Assembly (NCBI RefSeq): GCF_047663525.1
Contig: NC_092619.1
Span: 4,629,441 to 4,693,440, forward strand
Direction: 5' to 3'
From: Anas platyrhynchos
Taxonomy: Eukaryota
Length of the DNA: 64,000 nucleotides
Shown here: piece by piece, positions 26,301 to 37,599 of the stretch
Numbering within the stretch: position 1 is the first letter of the stretch
Layout: the number at the start of each line of letters is the position of its first letter
The notes under the pieces: generated by a model
What the model was told of the DNA's origin: nothing
Seen by the model: only the letters and a program-made list of their open reading frames with translations
Database searches by the model: none
Program-made: the position numbers and the translations under genes

Positions 26301-26735
26301 GTTATGTATGGGACACTGGGGACAGGGTGGGACACAGGCTACGCTGGAGATATGGGGGAAACTGGGGGTGTGGGGAGGCAATGAGGATATGGGGCATGTT
26401 GGGAACATGGGGAAACAGGGCATGCTGAGGGTATGTGGCATGTAGGGGACGTGAAAACACATGGAAGGAAGTTTTGGGACATGGGGGATATGGAGGACAT
26501 TTGAGGACATGAGGGATGTGGGGAAGACAGACGGGGATATGGCAACACAGGGCATATGGAGAGCCAAAAGTAAACATTTGGGGACATGGAGGGACTTTTG
26601 GAGAATCAAGGGAGACCTGTCATTGGCCTCCTGGGAGTTAGTGGTGATCCTAACAGCAAACTGTGAGGTGCACTGGAGAAAGACATGGGACATGAGGACT
26701 TGGTGGGACATGAGGTGACATGGGGAAACATGGGG
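26300..26735. repeat. GGGGACATGG-type minisatellite in MVP intron 12
   Basis: Repeated gggacatgg / ggatatgg units. Confidence 0.6.
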
Positions 26736-26737
26736 AC

Positions 26738-26949
26738 CTAGCAGCAGCCTCCTGGGAGTTGGTGGCAATCTCGATAGCCAGCTGGACACTGCGCTGCAGG
26801 GCATCGCGGGTGCGCTGGTCCACAGGCTCCACACTCTGGATGTCGACGCTTGTCACCACCAGCCCATTGGGGGCAAAGCGGAGCTGCTCCCGCAAACGCC
26901 CACTCTCATCGAAGCCAAACACAGCTGAGCAGATGAGACGATTTGAGTT
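26738..26949 (-). CDS. MVP: MVP exon 12 ([70 protein letters not shown]-)
   Basis: Acceptor ...tgtccccag; donor GTCCCC after GCTGCTGCTAG. Matches human NSARIIRTAVFGFETSE...[35 protein letters not shown]. Confidence 0.85.
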
Positions 26950-27411
26950 CTGGGGACATTGGGGACATCAGCGTCACTTGGGGATGTTGAGGCCGTTGGG
27001 GCAGTGGGGACACAGGGGAACATACAGGGCTTCATCGATGCCAAACAGAGCCAAGCAGAACAGCCTGTTTGAGTTCTTGGGGCATTGGGAAATTCCTGAT
27101 GTCCCCAGTGACTCTTGGGCACATCAGAGGCTCAGGGGGCCAACAGAGACCCAGGGTAATATGCAGGAGCCACAAGGTTATGCCGAGTGACACAGAAGGG
27201 GCACATGTAATGTTGGGGGGGATGTTGAATCTGAGTGGACCATGGTCACACATGCAACATAGGAAGACATGTGGGGGCATAGGTGACACAGGATGGTGCA
27301 CCAATGACCCAGAGTACCATGGCGGGAGGAGGGGGTGGAGGCACTGGTGATGCAGGTGAAAGTGGGGGTACTTGGGCTTGACCAAGGGAAAATACGTATG
27401 ACCAACAAGAC

Positions 27412-27550
27412 CTTGTGGAAGTCATCAAAGGTGACGGCAGCAACAGCACCACGCACACGGGAGGCCAGGGCCTTGCAGGCATCACCCACAAAGTCAGGGA
27501 CACTGAAGAGGCGCCCCAGATCTTTCGGTTCTTCTGGTACCTCGAAGTGC
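27412..27550 (-). CDS. MVP: MVP exon 11 ([46 protein letters not shown])
   Basis: Acceptor ttccttgcag; donor GTCTTG. Matches human [48 protein letters not shown]. Confidence 0.85.
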
Positions 27551-28108
27551 CTGCAAGGAAAGTGTCCTCAGGTCTCTCCCACCCCAGAGTGCTCCCACCC
27601 TGGTCCTTGATCCTGGCCTGATCCTACTCCCACTGCCATAACCCACCTCTGTCCCAGAACCACCAACCAAAGGCCAAAGCATCAGGCTCTACCCAACAGC
27701 CAAGCTGCACCTCCTGGCTCTAGCACGTGCTCCCTAACTAAAGGTTTTGTCCCCAGTGATGACCCAGGATCTGGTCTGTCCCCATATTGTAGTCAGTGCC
27801 TCCACCAGATCCCGCCCCACCTCCTCCTCGTCCTCCTAGCCCAGTCCTGCCCAAGCAGCATCACTGCCCAATAACCCCAACGCCACCCACAGCCTAACCA
27901 TGACCCCACAGCCCAAGTCCTGACCCCACAGGGCTCAAGGCCCTATCCCCAGTGTCCAAGACTATCCCAAATCCAACCCCACCCCCAGCCCCTAGCCATG
28001 TCCCCAAGCCTCACACCCAATCCCATCCCACACCATTTACCTGAGATGACTCCAGGCCCCCACCCTCATCACCCACCCCCATGGCCCACCAACATAAGCC
28101 TCACCCAC

Positions 28109-28306
28109 CAGTTGTAGGCCAGCTGGAGCTGGAGGCGGGCATGGTCAGCAGTCTCGATGGTCACGATGTCAGCACAGAAGTCAGGGCCAAGGCGGAGGCA
28201 GAGGCTGCGTCGGGCATGGGGCCGCTTGGGGCGGCCTGCTGAGAGGGACAGGACCGTCAGCTGCTCCCCAGGACCCAGCACCACCAGTTCAGGGCCCAGC
28301 ACCACC
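28109..28306 (-). CDS. MVP: MVP exon 10 ([65 protein letters not shown])
   Basis: Acceptor ...tgtgttgcag; donor GTGGGT after AACTG. Matches human [66 protein letters not shown]. Confidence 0.85.
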
Positions 28307-28544
28307 CTGCAACACAGAAAGAACATGCCAAAGCCATGACACACAGGTCCCAGCACTGTCACATGCACCATGGAGACCAATACCACCCTGGCACATCAAG
28401 GACACGCTGTGACACATGGGTGAAGGCACAGTCACACTGGAGCCCAACACTCCCTTGTGTTGTAACAAGAACACGGAAAGGACATGGGTCACATGCTGAG
28501 GATACAGATCACAAGATGGGGACACACCAAGGACTTATCACAGA

Positions 28545-31250
28545 ACCACAGAATCCCAGACTGGTTGATGTTGGAAGGCAACTCTGGAGATCACCTGGTC
28601 CAAGCCTCCTGCTCAAACAGGGCCACCTAGAGCCAGTTGCCCAGGACCATGTCCAGACAGCTTTTGAATATCTCCAGGGTGGGAGATTCCACAACCTCTC
28701 TGGGCAGCCTGTGCCAGTGCTTAGTCACCCTCATAATGAAAAAGCAAGAGAGAATCTCTTATGATTCAGTTTGATCCCATTGTCTCTTGTACTGGCACTG
28801 GGGACCACTGAAAATAGCCTGGCTCCCTCTTCTTTGACCACCCCGGCACTCAGGTATTTATCTACATTAATAAGGCCCAAGCCTTCTCTTCTCAAAGCTC
28901 CAAAGTCCAGCTCCCCCAGCCTTTCCTCCAGGAGATGTGCTCCAGGCCCTTCATCATTTCTGTGGCCCTTCATTGGACTTTCTCTGCAGGATGGGCAGGT
29001 CTCTATTGTAATGAGGAGCCCAGAACTGGATGCAGTGCTCCAGGTGTGGCTTCACCAATGCTGAGCAGAGAGGTGCATTACCTCAACCTGCTGGCAACAC
29101 TTTGCCTAATGCAACCACTAGCTGTCACTGTGGCAAGGGCACATTTCTGGCTTATGTTGGACTTTGTGTCCACCAGGACCACATTTTGCAGAACATTTTC
29201 TGCAAAGTTGCTCTGCAGCTGGGCAGCCCCAGCATAAATGGTGTGTGGGACTGTCCCTCCCTAGGTTCAGGACTTTGTAGTTGTCTGTGTTGAACTCCAT
29301 GAGGTTTCTGCCTGTCCAGTTCTCCAGCCTATCCAGGTCCATGCCCTCCTGTGTTACGGCAGCGGGACCCTCTGGCATCTCAGCCACTCCCCCCAGCTTT
29401 GTATAAATCACAGACTGGCTGAGGATCCACTCTGCCCCCTCACTGTCCAGATCATTACTGGAGGTGTCAAATATGTCTGGAGTGAGTACTGACCCCTGGG
29501 GTACACCACCAGTTACCGGCCTCCAACCAGACTCCATGCCACTGGTCACCACTCTCTGGGCTCAGCTGCTGAGCCACTCTTCGGTCCACCCTGTTCTGTG
29601 CTCATCCAGCCCAGGCTGCAGCAGCTTGCCTGTGAGGATCTTATGGGGGACTGTGTCAAAGGCCTTCCTGAAGCCCAGGTAGACCATATCCACCGGTCTC
29701 CCCTTGTCTACCTGGCCAGTCATTTCATCACAGAATGCTACCAACCATGTTCATCAAGCCTGACTTCCCCTTGGTAAATCCACGCTGACGATGAATTTCT
29801 TGTCCTTCCTGTGCCTGGGGATGGTTGCCAGGATTAGCTGCTCCATCACCTTCCAAGGGATCGAGGTGAGGCTGATGGGCCTGTAGTTCCTTGGCTCCTC
29901 CTTTTTGCCCTCGAAGAAAAGTGTAGCACTTGCTTTCCTCCATTCTTCAGTCATCTCTCCCAGTTGTCATGACCGTTCAAAGATCACCAAGCAAGGTGTT
30001 GCAATGACATCAGCCAGCTACTTCAGCACTTGTTGTTGCACCCCATCAGGGCCTATGGAACTATATATACACCCAATTTGCCTAAGCATCCTCAAATCTG
30101 ATCCTCTGCCACCAAGGGCATGCTTTACTCCAGGCTTTCTTCCTGGTCTCCAGAGCCTAGGATACCTGAAGACTGCTGTGTCTAATGTAGACTGAGGTGA
30201 AGGTGGTATTCATTCCCACAGCCTTTTCTACATCCTGTGTCACTAGGTCCCGTGCTTCATGCAGCACTGGGCCCATATTTTCTTTTGTCTTCCTTTAGCC
30301 CTTTCTGTACTTGTAGAAGCCCTTCCAGTTACCTTTGACATCCATTGCCAGATTGAGCATTGCCTTTCCAATCTGCAACCCTACATGCTTGCACGGTGTC
30401 TCCATTTTCCTCTTAGGTTACCTGTCCCTGCTTCCATTTTCTGTATGTTTCCTTTTTGTGTGTGAGTTTGGCCAGGCTTGTTTATCCACGCAGATCTCCT
30501 GACATTGTTGACCTACTTCCTGCTCTTGGGATGGACTGCTCCTGAGCTTGGAGGAGGTAAGCTTTCAGAATCCCACAGGACTCTCACAAGCAGGTCTTTG
30601 GAGAAGCCATAGTCTGCCCTCCTAAAGTCCAGGCTTGTGATCTTGCTTTTTGCCTTGCTTCTTCCCCTCAGGAGCCTGAACTCCACCACCTCATGGTTAC
30701 TGCAACCATGGCTGCCTTTGACATTCATATCCTGCAACTGAACACAAACCTCTTAACTCCTTTTGTTGATACCCCAATGCTGCAAGCACTAGGAAACAGA
30801 CTTTTCAGAAGAGGCTCCCCAATGTGCTCATTTCCCAGAAAGTGTGTTTTCTTTCCCCATAATCATGTCCAGAGGGTTGGACTAGCTTTGGCAGTCCGTC
30901 CACAGCATCCTGGATCCAGGCTCCTAGCAGACAGGAAGAGACCAGGTTGACCAATGGTTGCCTCCATCCCCTGAAGCATGCCCACCAGCATCACTCACCA
31001 GTTCCTCCCAGTGCTCCTACGTGGCTCAGGGTCAGGTTGCCCAGATGTTTCATTTGAAAACACGCCCAGCTCCTGATTCCTCAGCTTTGAGAGCAGCAAA
31101 CTTATTACACAGCTGCAAGCTGGGGAACAGGGCAACTCCTCTTGGCATCGGAAATCTCCAGCTTCCAGCCTTTGCCTTCCTCAGAGTTTGCACATACCAA
31201 TCTGCTAGGAACAGGCTCTGTCTAGCTCACATGCCAAGGACATGCCATGA
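28545..31250 (-). mobile_element. CR1 LINE, about 2.7 kb, degenerate, in MVP intron 9, with ORF1, endonuclease and RT remnants
   Basis: - strand ORFs 29118..29552, 29562..29744, 29754..29954 and 30513..30737 show CR1 ORF2 RT and endonuclease similarity (YRPISLTS..., VPQGSVLTP, DFRRADYG...). The low-coordinate end carries the CR1 3' signature ...ctctctgggcagcctgtgccagtgcttagtcaccctcat. Confidence 0.7.
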
Positions 31251-31439
31251 CATGGAGGTCCCTGCACTGTCACCTGCTCCTTAGGGCCCATCGCCAGCCT
31301 GTGGGATTACACATCAAGGACAGGAGTTACATGACAGAGACTGCCAAGGATGTGTTACAAGTCCCTACACTGCCACCTGGTCCCCAGGGCCCTGCATGGC
31401 CAACTCGAAACGCAGCACGACTTCACACCCTGTCAAGGA

Positions 31440-32050
31440 CAAGCAAAGGGTCGCATGCCAAAGTACATTGGGTCTGGCTGGGATGGAGTTGATTTTCTTC
31501 AAAGCATCTCGTATGGTGCTGTGGTTTGCATTTGGGACCAAAATAGTGCTTATAACACACCAAGGTTTCAGCTATTGCCGAACTGCACGGCACCAAGGCC
31601 TTCTCAGCTCCTCTGGCTGCCCTGCAAGAAAGGAGGCTCAGGGTGGGCAAGAAGTTGGGAGGGGACACAGCCAGGACAGCTGACCCCAACTGGCCAAAAG
31701 CCTATTCCAAACCATATGATGTCATAAAAGTTTGTATTTTATAAAAGCTGGGAGAAAGGAGGAAGAAGAGGGACATCTGGGATGCTGGCACCTGTCTTGC
31801 CAAGTAACCATTACACTTGATGAGCCCTGGGAATGGCTGAACATCACCTGCTGATGGCAAGGAGTAAAGGAACTCATTGTTAGATTTCTCTTGCTTGCAC
31901 CCAGAGCTTTTACTTTACCAACCAAACTTTATCTCAACCTGAGGCTTTTCTCACCTTTACCTTTCCAATTCTCTCCCCCATCCCACTGGGGGATGTGAGC
32001 AAGCAGCTGCATGGTGCCGAGTGCCAAGCAGCCTAACAGGGTTAAACCCA
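31440..32050. mobile_element. LTR-like / unclassified avian interspersed repeat in MVP intron 9
   Basis: Unique-looking, non-minisatellite block (tgggaccaaaatagtgcttataacacaccaaggtttcagc ... ttaaacccacaacag) bounded by minisatellite and CR1. The classification is from memory of avian LTR-like repeats and is weak. Confidence 0.25.
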
Positions 32051-32309
32051 CAACAGAAGGACGTGCCTAGGACATGCCCAGGACACACAAGTCCCCACAC
32101 CATCACCTGCTCCCTGGGGCTTGGCACCACCAACACTGGGCTCTGCATCGGTCAGTGGGGCCACCTACCACAGATGTGCCAACAGTAACATCATCTAAAC
32201 CCAGCACCGCCCTCTGCGTCACCTCTGTGCCCCAAATCCTCCTCCTGCGTCCTCCCCACCATATCCACCATGTCCCTGCCCCACCATGCCCACAACCACA
32301 GGTGCTCAC

Positions 32310-32560
32310 CGTGCCCGCCGCTCGCGGTAGTCGTAGACCTGCACAGCAGCGTTGTGGGGCACCTGGTAGGTGACGGCACGGGTACGGTCACGGTGCTGGA
32401 CCTCAGCATCCGGGCTCGAGGAGGAGGGGACCCCAGCATCCAGGCCAGTGCGGTCTCCACGGGCTTCGGCCAGCAGTGCCTCCACCCCAGGGGGCAGCTC
32501 CTTCTCCCACAGCTCCTCGGACTCCGTCAACATGTAGGTCTGGCCCGTCACCACCCGCAC
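32310..32560 (-). CDS. MVP: MVP exon 9 ([83 protein letters not shown]-)
   Basis: Acceptor gtgaatgcag; donor GTGAGC. Length 251 nt. Matches human [30 protein letters not shown]...[24 protein letters not shown]. Confidence 0.85.
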
Positions 32561-32569
32561 CTGCATTCA

Positions 32570-33500
32570 CACCCACCTCATGGTGCTGCTGGGCTGGGAC
32601 GGCCGCTGGGGGCACTGGGAAGGGATTTGGAGGGCACTGGAAGCACTTGGAGGGTGTATGAAGGCATTAGGAGGGGCACTGGGAGCATTGGGAGTTTGGG
32701 GGCACTGGATGGGTATAAGAGACACCGGGAGCACTAGGATGGTGTGTCTGGGGACATTGGGAAGGTCTGGGGGAACTGAACAGGGGTTTGAACACACTGG
32801 AAGCAGATATATGGGATACTGGGAGCCCTGGGATGGACTGTGGAAGGTGACGGGGGGTACTGAAAGGGGGTCCAGGGTGCACTGGGAGCATGTCTGGGGC
32901 CACATGGGATACTGGGAGCACTGGAAAGCAGTGTGTGGGATACTGGGGTAGGTTATAGGAAGCACTGGGAAGGGAGCTGGAGGCACTAAGATGGATTTTG
33001 GGAGCACTGGGAGAGGGTCTGGGGATACTGGATTGGGATACGGGGGCACTGGAGGAATGTGGAACACTGGCAGGAGAACTGGGAGCACTGGGAGTGGGAG
33101 TGGAGGGCTATAGTGAGCTCGTGAGATTACTTGGTCTATAGGGAGTCCTGGCTGTTTTGGGGAACTACGGGGAGCTATGTGAATTACAGGAAGCTACTGA
33201 GGGCAATGGGGAGGACCTGAAGGCATCTGTGGGGGCCGCAGGGTGCTATAGAGGGCTGTGGGTGAGTGGGAAACGTTTATGTGGGTCTACAAAGGATTAC
33301 TGGGGGCTATAAGGAGCTGCAGGGATCTATGGAGAACTACAGAGTGCTGTAGGGGAGCCCTAGAAGTCTACAGGGAGCAGTAATGGGATTATGGGGAGCC
33401 ACAGAGAGCTAAAGGGGGCTATAAGGGGGCTATAGGAGACATGAAGGGCTATAGGAGGCCACAGGAAAATCAGCTACAGGGAGCTACGAGCTCCAGGGGA
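32570..33500. repeat. two adjacent minisatellites filling MVP intron 8: GGGCACTGGGAGCACTGG-like units (32570-33115) and GGAGCTATAGG / GGAGCTACAGG units (33115-33500)
   Basis: Clear tandem periodicity of about 20-25 bp. Confidence 0.7.
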
Positions 33501-33522
33501 GCTAGAGCAGCGGGGCAGGCAC

Positions 33523-33681
33523 CTTGCCAGTGCGGATGTCGCGCACGTAAATGCCCTCGTTGTCAGCTAGGGCCACAGCCTGGCGACGTTCCAGCACAGC
33601 CACCTCGGCGGGCGGCACGTACTCGAGGGGGCCCCGGGCCAGCCAGCGGTCACCTGCGCGCCGTGTCACCTCTGTCCCCTC
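33523..33681 (-). CDS. MVP: MVP exon 8 ([53 protein letters not shown])
   Basis: Acceptor catccccag; donor GTGCCT. Matches human ...[51 protein letters not shown]. Confidence 0.85.
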
Positions 33682-34154
33682 CTGGGGATGTGGGGATACC
33701 ATCAGCAACCAGCCTGGGGACGCAGGGACGCACGGACCCCTACCCAACCCCTGGCTGGGGACATGGGGACAGACGCACACCTCATGGCCCTCTGCTACCA
33801 GCCAGTCTGAAGGCATGGAGACAGAGAGCACCCCCACGGGCTGCCAGCTTGGGGACAGCACCCCCTCCCACTGTCCTCTGCCACCCACCTGGCTTGGAGA
33901 CCCAATGATAAAGACGGATGTCCCCACAAGTGTCCCCCGAGACCTCCATAACCCCCCAGACATCCCCCACATACCCACCTGCCCCCAGGCACTCGACTGT
34001 CCCCCACGACATCCAGCCACCAGCGGGTCCCCCAGTTGTCCCCTTTGTCCCCAAATCACTCCTGGTTGCCCCGGGCATCCCAGGCTCCCTGGACCCCCAG
34101 TTTCTCCCAGGTGCCTCCAGGTGATCCTGTAAGCCTGGGTGCCCCCTGGGTCAC

Positions 34155-34280
34155 CTCACTGGTGTCCTTGATCGTCTGGAGCGCCTGAAGCAGTAGCCCC
34201 TCATCCTCAGAGAGCACAAAGACATCCTGGATGCCATCCTGGAGCCGCTCGCCTGGTTGCAGAAAGAAGGACCTCTCCCC
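34155..34280 (-). CDS. MVP: MVP exon 7 ([42 protein letters not shown])
   Basis: Acceptor acatccccag; donor GTGACC. Matches human [44 protein letters not shown]. Confidence 0.85.
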
Positions 34281-34439
34281 CTGGGGATGTGGGAATGTGT
34301 CACCAGCAGGGCAAGGACGTGGCAACGTGGTGAGGACACGGGGCAGGAGCATGGGGATACGGTGAGACACAGTACAGAATATATGGAAGGGGACATTAGG
34401 GCCCCTCAAGGATTCCTTTGGGTCCCTGTGGACCACTTT

Positions 34440-34960
34440 TAAGACCTTCAGGGATGTCTACAGGTATGTCAGGGCCAACTTCAAGTCCCTGGGGACCAAC
34501 CATGGGCTGCTGTAGAAACTTAGCATCCCTCATCAACACATTTAGGTGTTAATTTAGGTGTTGTAGGGTGCTTTGGGACCACCATTGAGATATTTGGGAA
34601 TGCCTACATGTACATCAGGGCCACCCGTGGGCTCCTTGGGGGCACTCAGGGCACCTCGGGGACACCTCAGGGGTCATGCCAGGATCCCTCAGGGATAACT
34701 TTGGGACTTTAAGGGATGCCTCAGAGATGCATTAGGGTCCCTTGGGGCCACCTTTGAGACCTCTGGGGACACCTATACATATACCAGATTCCCTCAGAGC
34801 CATCTGTGTGGCCCCTGGGGCCACCCTCAGGTCCTGAGGTCCACACTTGGGACCCCTGGGGCACCTTACTGTCCCCCACTGATACATTAGGGGCACATTA
34901 TGTCTTAGAGCTGCTCAGGACCACACCTTTGATACCTGTGGGGAAGCTAAGGTCACATTA
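34440..34960. repeat. degenerate tandem repeats (CCTGGGGACC / CCTCAGGGAT units) in MVP intron 6
   Basis: Periodic ggg(g)acc / cctcag motifs. Confidence 0.55.
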
Positions 34961-34989
34961 GGTCACTTGCGAGTCCCTGGGGTGCCCAC

Positions 34990-35226
34990 CTTGATCACAC
35001 GTTGCTGGCCCAACTGGGGCTGCCCGTTGGGCCCCACAGGGTCGAGCACCACGCAGTACTGCCGGGGACCCAGCGTCGTCACCTGCACCTCAGCCACCAC
35101 CTCCTCGAACACCTCTGGGACGTAGGCCTCGCTCTGCTGCTGCGTCACCAGCCACTCCTCACCCGTGCGGCGCACCCGGCCCTGTGCATCCTCAAAGGTC
35201 CGTACGGCTCGCAGGTGCAGGGCTTT
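34990..35226 (-). CDS. MVP: MVP exon 6 ([79 protein letters not shown])
   Basis: Acceptor cccgtag; donor GTGGGC. Length 237 nt. Matches human [80 protein letters not shown]. Confidence 0.85.
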
Positions 35227-36130
35227 CTACGGGAGGGAGGGACAACAGTGGGTGGTGGGACACCAAAAGCTGGCCCCGCCAGGCCTTGTCACCTGTGTGG
35301 GCAAGGCGACAGGGTTATGGGACTTCAGACTCGTCCCATACGGTCCTTGTTATGTGCGGGTGAAGGGAAGACAGGGATATAGTGGATTGCAGCAGGGCTG
35401 GACCCTCTAGAGAGTCCTTGTCACCCACAGGTGCAGGGAAAAAGGGGACACAGTGGGCTCAGGGCAGGGGGAATGGGACCCTCAAACATATCCCCAAGGA
35501 GCCTCGTCACCTGCGGGTGCAGGGGGCACAGGGGGGTGACGGTACCCCACACCTATCCTGGAAGGTCACTTGCCAGCTTGGGTGCAAGAGAATAGCGACA
35601 CAGAACCCCCAAACCCATCCTGAAAGGTCCCTAACACCTGTCTGTGCCCAGAGCACGTAACAGGACCCCCAAATCAGGTCTTTGTTACCTATCAGTACAG
35701 CAGGAATGGGGTCATGGTGGGCTGGTGGGGACAGGATACCCGGAGGGTCCACATCACCCCCTGAGGCAGGGGGAACAAAGACAGCATAGCTGAGGGGGAC
35801 AGTACCCCTCACACAGTCCTCAACACCCATGGGTGCAGGGGGCATGGCAACATGGTGGGTTGGAAGGTCCCTCAGAGGGTTCTCATCACCCATGGGTGCA
35901 ATGGGGACAGTGCCATGATGGATCAGGGGGATAAGACCCTTCACCCACCCTGGAGGATCCTTGTCACACCCACGGTTGCAGGAGAATAGGTACACGGACC
36001 CCCAAACCCAGTCCAGAGGGACCTCCAGAGGCACCACAGGCATGGCTACACTACTGGCTCAGGTCCTGGAGAGTCCCTGTCATCTGCAGGGGCAGGGGAA
36101 ACCACGGGCAAGGGTCACGATGCCAGGTAC
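35227..36130. repeat. minisatellite of about 12 units of 65-80 bp filling MVP intron 5; unit derived from the exon-6 acceptor junction
   Basis: Units such as gtccttgtcacccacaggtgcagggaaaaaggggacacagtgggctcagg are homologous to ...ggtccgtacggctcgcaggtgcagggctttc|tacgggagggagggacaacagtgggtgg, which spans the exon 6 / intron 5 boundary at 35190-35260. Confidence 0.7.
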
Positions 36131-36225
36131 CTTGTCGGTGAGGACGTAGGCGTCCACAACGTCGACCACCTCCTCGTAGACACCGGGCAGGTAGGCACCC
36201 ACCCGCTTCACCAGCCACTCCTCCC
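36131..36225 (-). CDS. MVP: MVP exon 5 ([32 protein letters not shown])
   Basis: Acceptor tctgctcccag; donor GTACCT. Matches human [32 protein letters not shown]. Confidence 0.85.
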
Positions 36226-36239
36226 CTGGGAGCAGAGGG

Positions 36240-37220
36240 ATGGGGCTAAGGATGCTGCGGTGCTGGGCAGGGTGGGGACTGGGAGTCCCAGGGGGACTGG
36301 GATGGGATGCGTTTTGAGGGGACTGGGGCATATGCAGGTCCTAAGGGTGCTAAGCATCCTATGGATCTTAGGTGTCCTAAAGGTGCTGGGAGCAAAGGGC
36401 CCTAGGGGGCAGATGGAAGAATCCTAAGGGTGCTGGGGGTACTGGTAGTTATGGGAGCCCTGTGGGTGCTGGGAATCTTGAGGGGCTAGGGGCTAAGACA
36501 GGGTCCCACAGGTGCTATGGGAGAGGAGGGAGGTTATGGGGTTGGGCAGGATGGATGTGTTGGGCATCACAGGGGCGCAGTGGGGTCAGACAGGGATGCT
36601 GGAGGTGCTGTAGGGTGAGAGGGGGTGCTGGACGGTGGAATGGGAATGCGGGAGACCCCAGGCAAGCTGAGGGATGAGGCAAGTGTCCCAAAGTGTCCCA
36701 CACATGCCGCAGCGCCCAGGGGTGCTTCTGAATAACACAGAAATCCCATGGGTGTTAGGGGGTGACACAGGGGGTGACACAGGGCTCCCAGTGGTGCTGG
36801 AGGGGTCCCATGGGCGCTCAGGATGCTGGGAGTCCCAGGAGGGCTGTCAGACAACACAGAAGGTGTGTGCATGCTTAGAGGAGACACAAGGATTGCGGGG
36901 GTGCTTGGGGTCCCAGAAGTTCTGGGAGATGGGTTGGGGCGCTGCAGGCTCCAGGGGCACTCTCAGATGACCCGGAGCTCCCATGGGTGCTGAAGGGTGA
37001 CACGGGCGTCACAGAGGGGCTGGAGGGGGAGAAGAGGATCCCAGGGTATGGGGTGTGGTGTCTCAGGGCTGCCTTCAGGCAACACTGGGGTCCCATGGGT
37101 GCTGAGGGGGGGGACACCAGAGGCACAGGGTGACACTGAGCCAGCTAACACTGAGTGAGGGCTGAACCCAGGAAGCCACTGCGGCTACCAGGGAGCCCTG
37201 GAGTGTCACCGGGTGCAACG
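36240..37220. repeat. minisatellite filling MVP intron 4 (units around GGTCCCATGGGTGCTGAGGGGGTGACACAG)
   Basis: Many copies of gggtgctgg(g)ag ... tcccatgggtgct. Confidence 0.65.
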
Positions 37221-37239
37221 GGGTGTCCACGAGTGCTAC

Positions 37240-37371
37240 CTGTGACGCGGCGGATGCCCTGACGGTCGAGGCACTCCTTGCGTGCCCGCAGGCGGATGGC
37301 CTGGTTGTGCCCGATGACAGTGGCCTGCAGCGTCTCCACCACCTCCACCTCCTTGCGGGGGATGTAGGTAC
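37240..37371 (-). CDS. MVP: MVP exon 4 ([43 protein letters not shown])
   Basis: Acceptor tgcgtgcag; donor GTAGCA. Matches human [44 protein letters not shown]. Confidence 0.85.
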
Positions 37372-37452
37372 CTGCACGCAGGCAGCACCATCAGCCCCCA
37401 GCTCCCTGAGGTTTCCCCAGGGGGTCCTCAGGAAGGTGTCCCTGCTGCTCAC

Positions 37453-37576
37453 CAGGACCCTCGAAGAGCCACTCGTCGCCTGCTACGAACTTGTTGGAAT
37501 CCTCGTCCTCAAAGTCAAGCAGGGCCCGAAGGCGCAGGGCGGTGTCAGCCAGCACCACCTGCAGTGGGGTGACACC
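37453..37576 (-). CDS. MVP: MVP exon 3 ([41 protein letters not shown]-)
   Basis: Acceptor tgtccccag; donor GTGAGC. Matches human [42 protein letters not shown]. Intron 3 is only 81 bp. Confidence 0.85.
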
Positions 37577-37599
37577 CTGGGGACACAGGTGTCGGAAGA

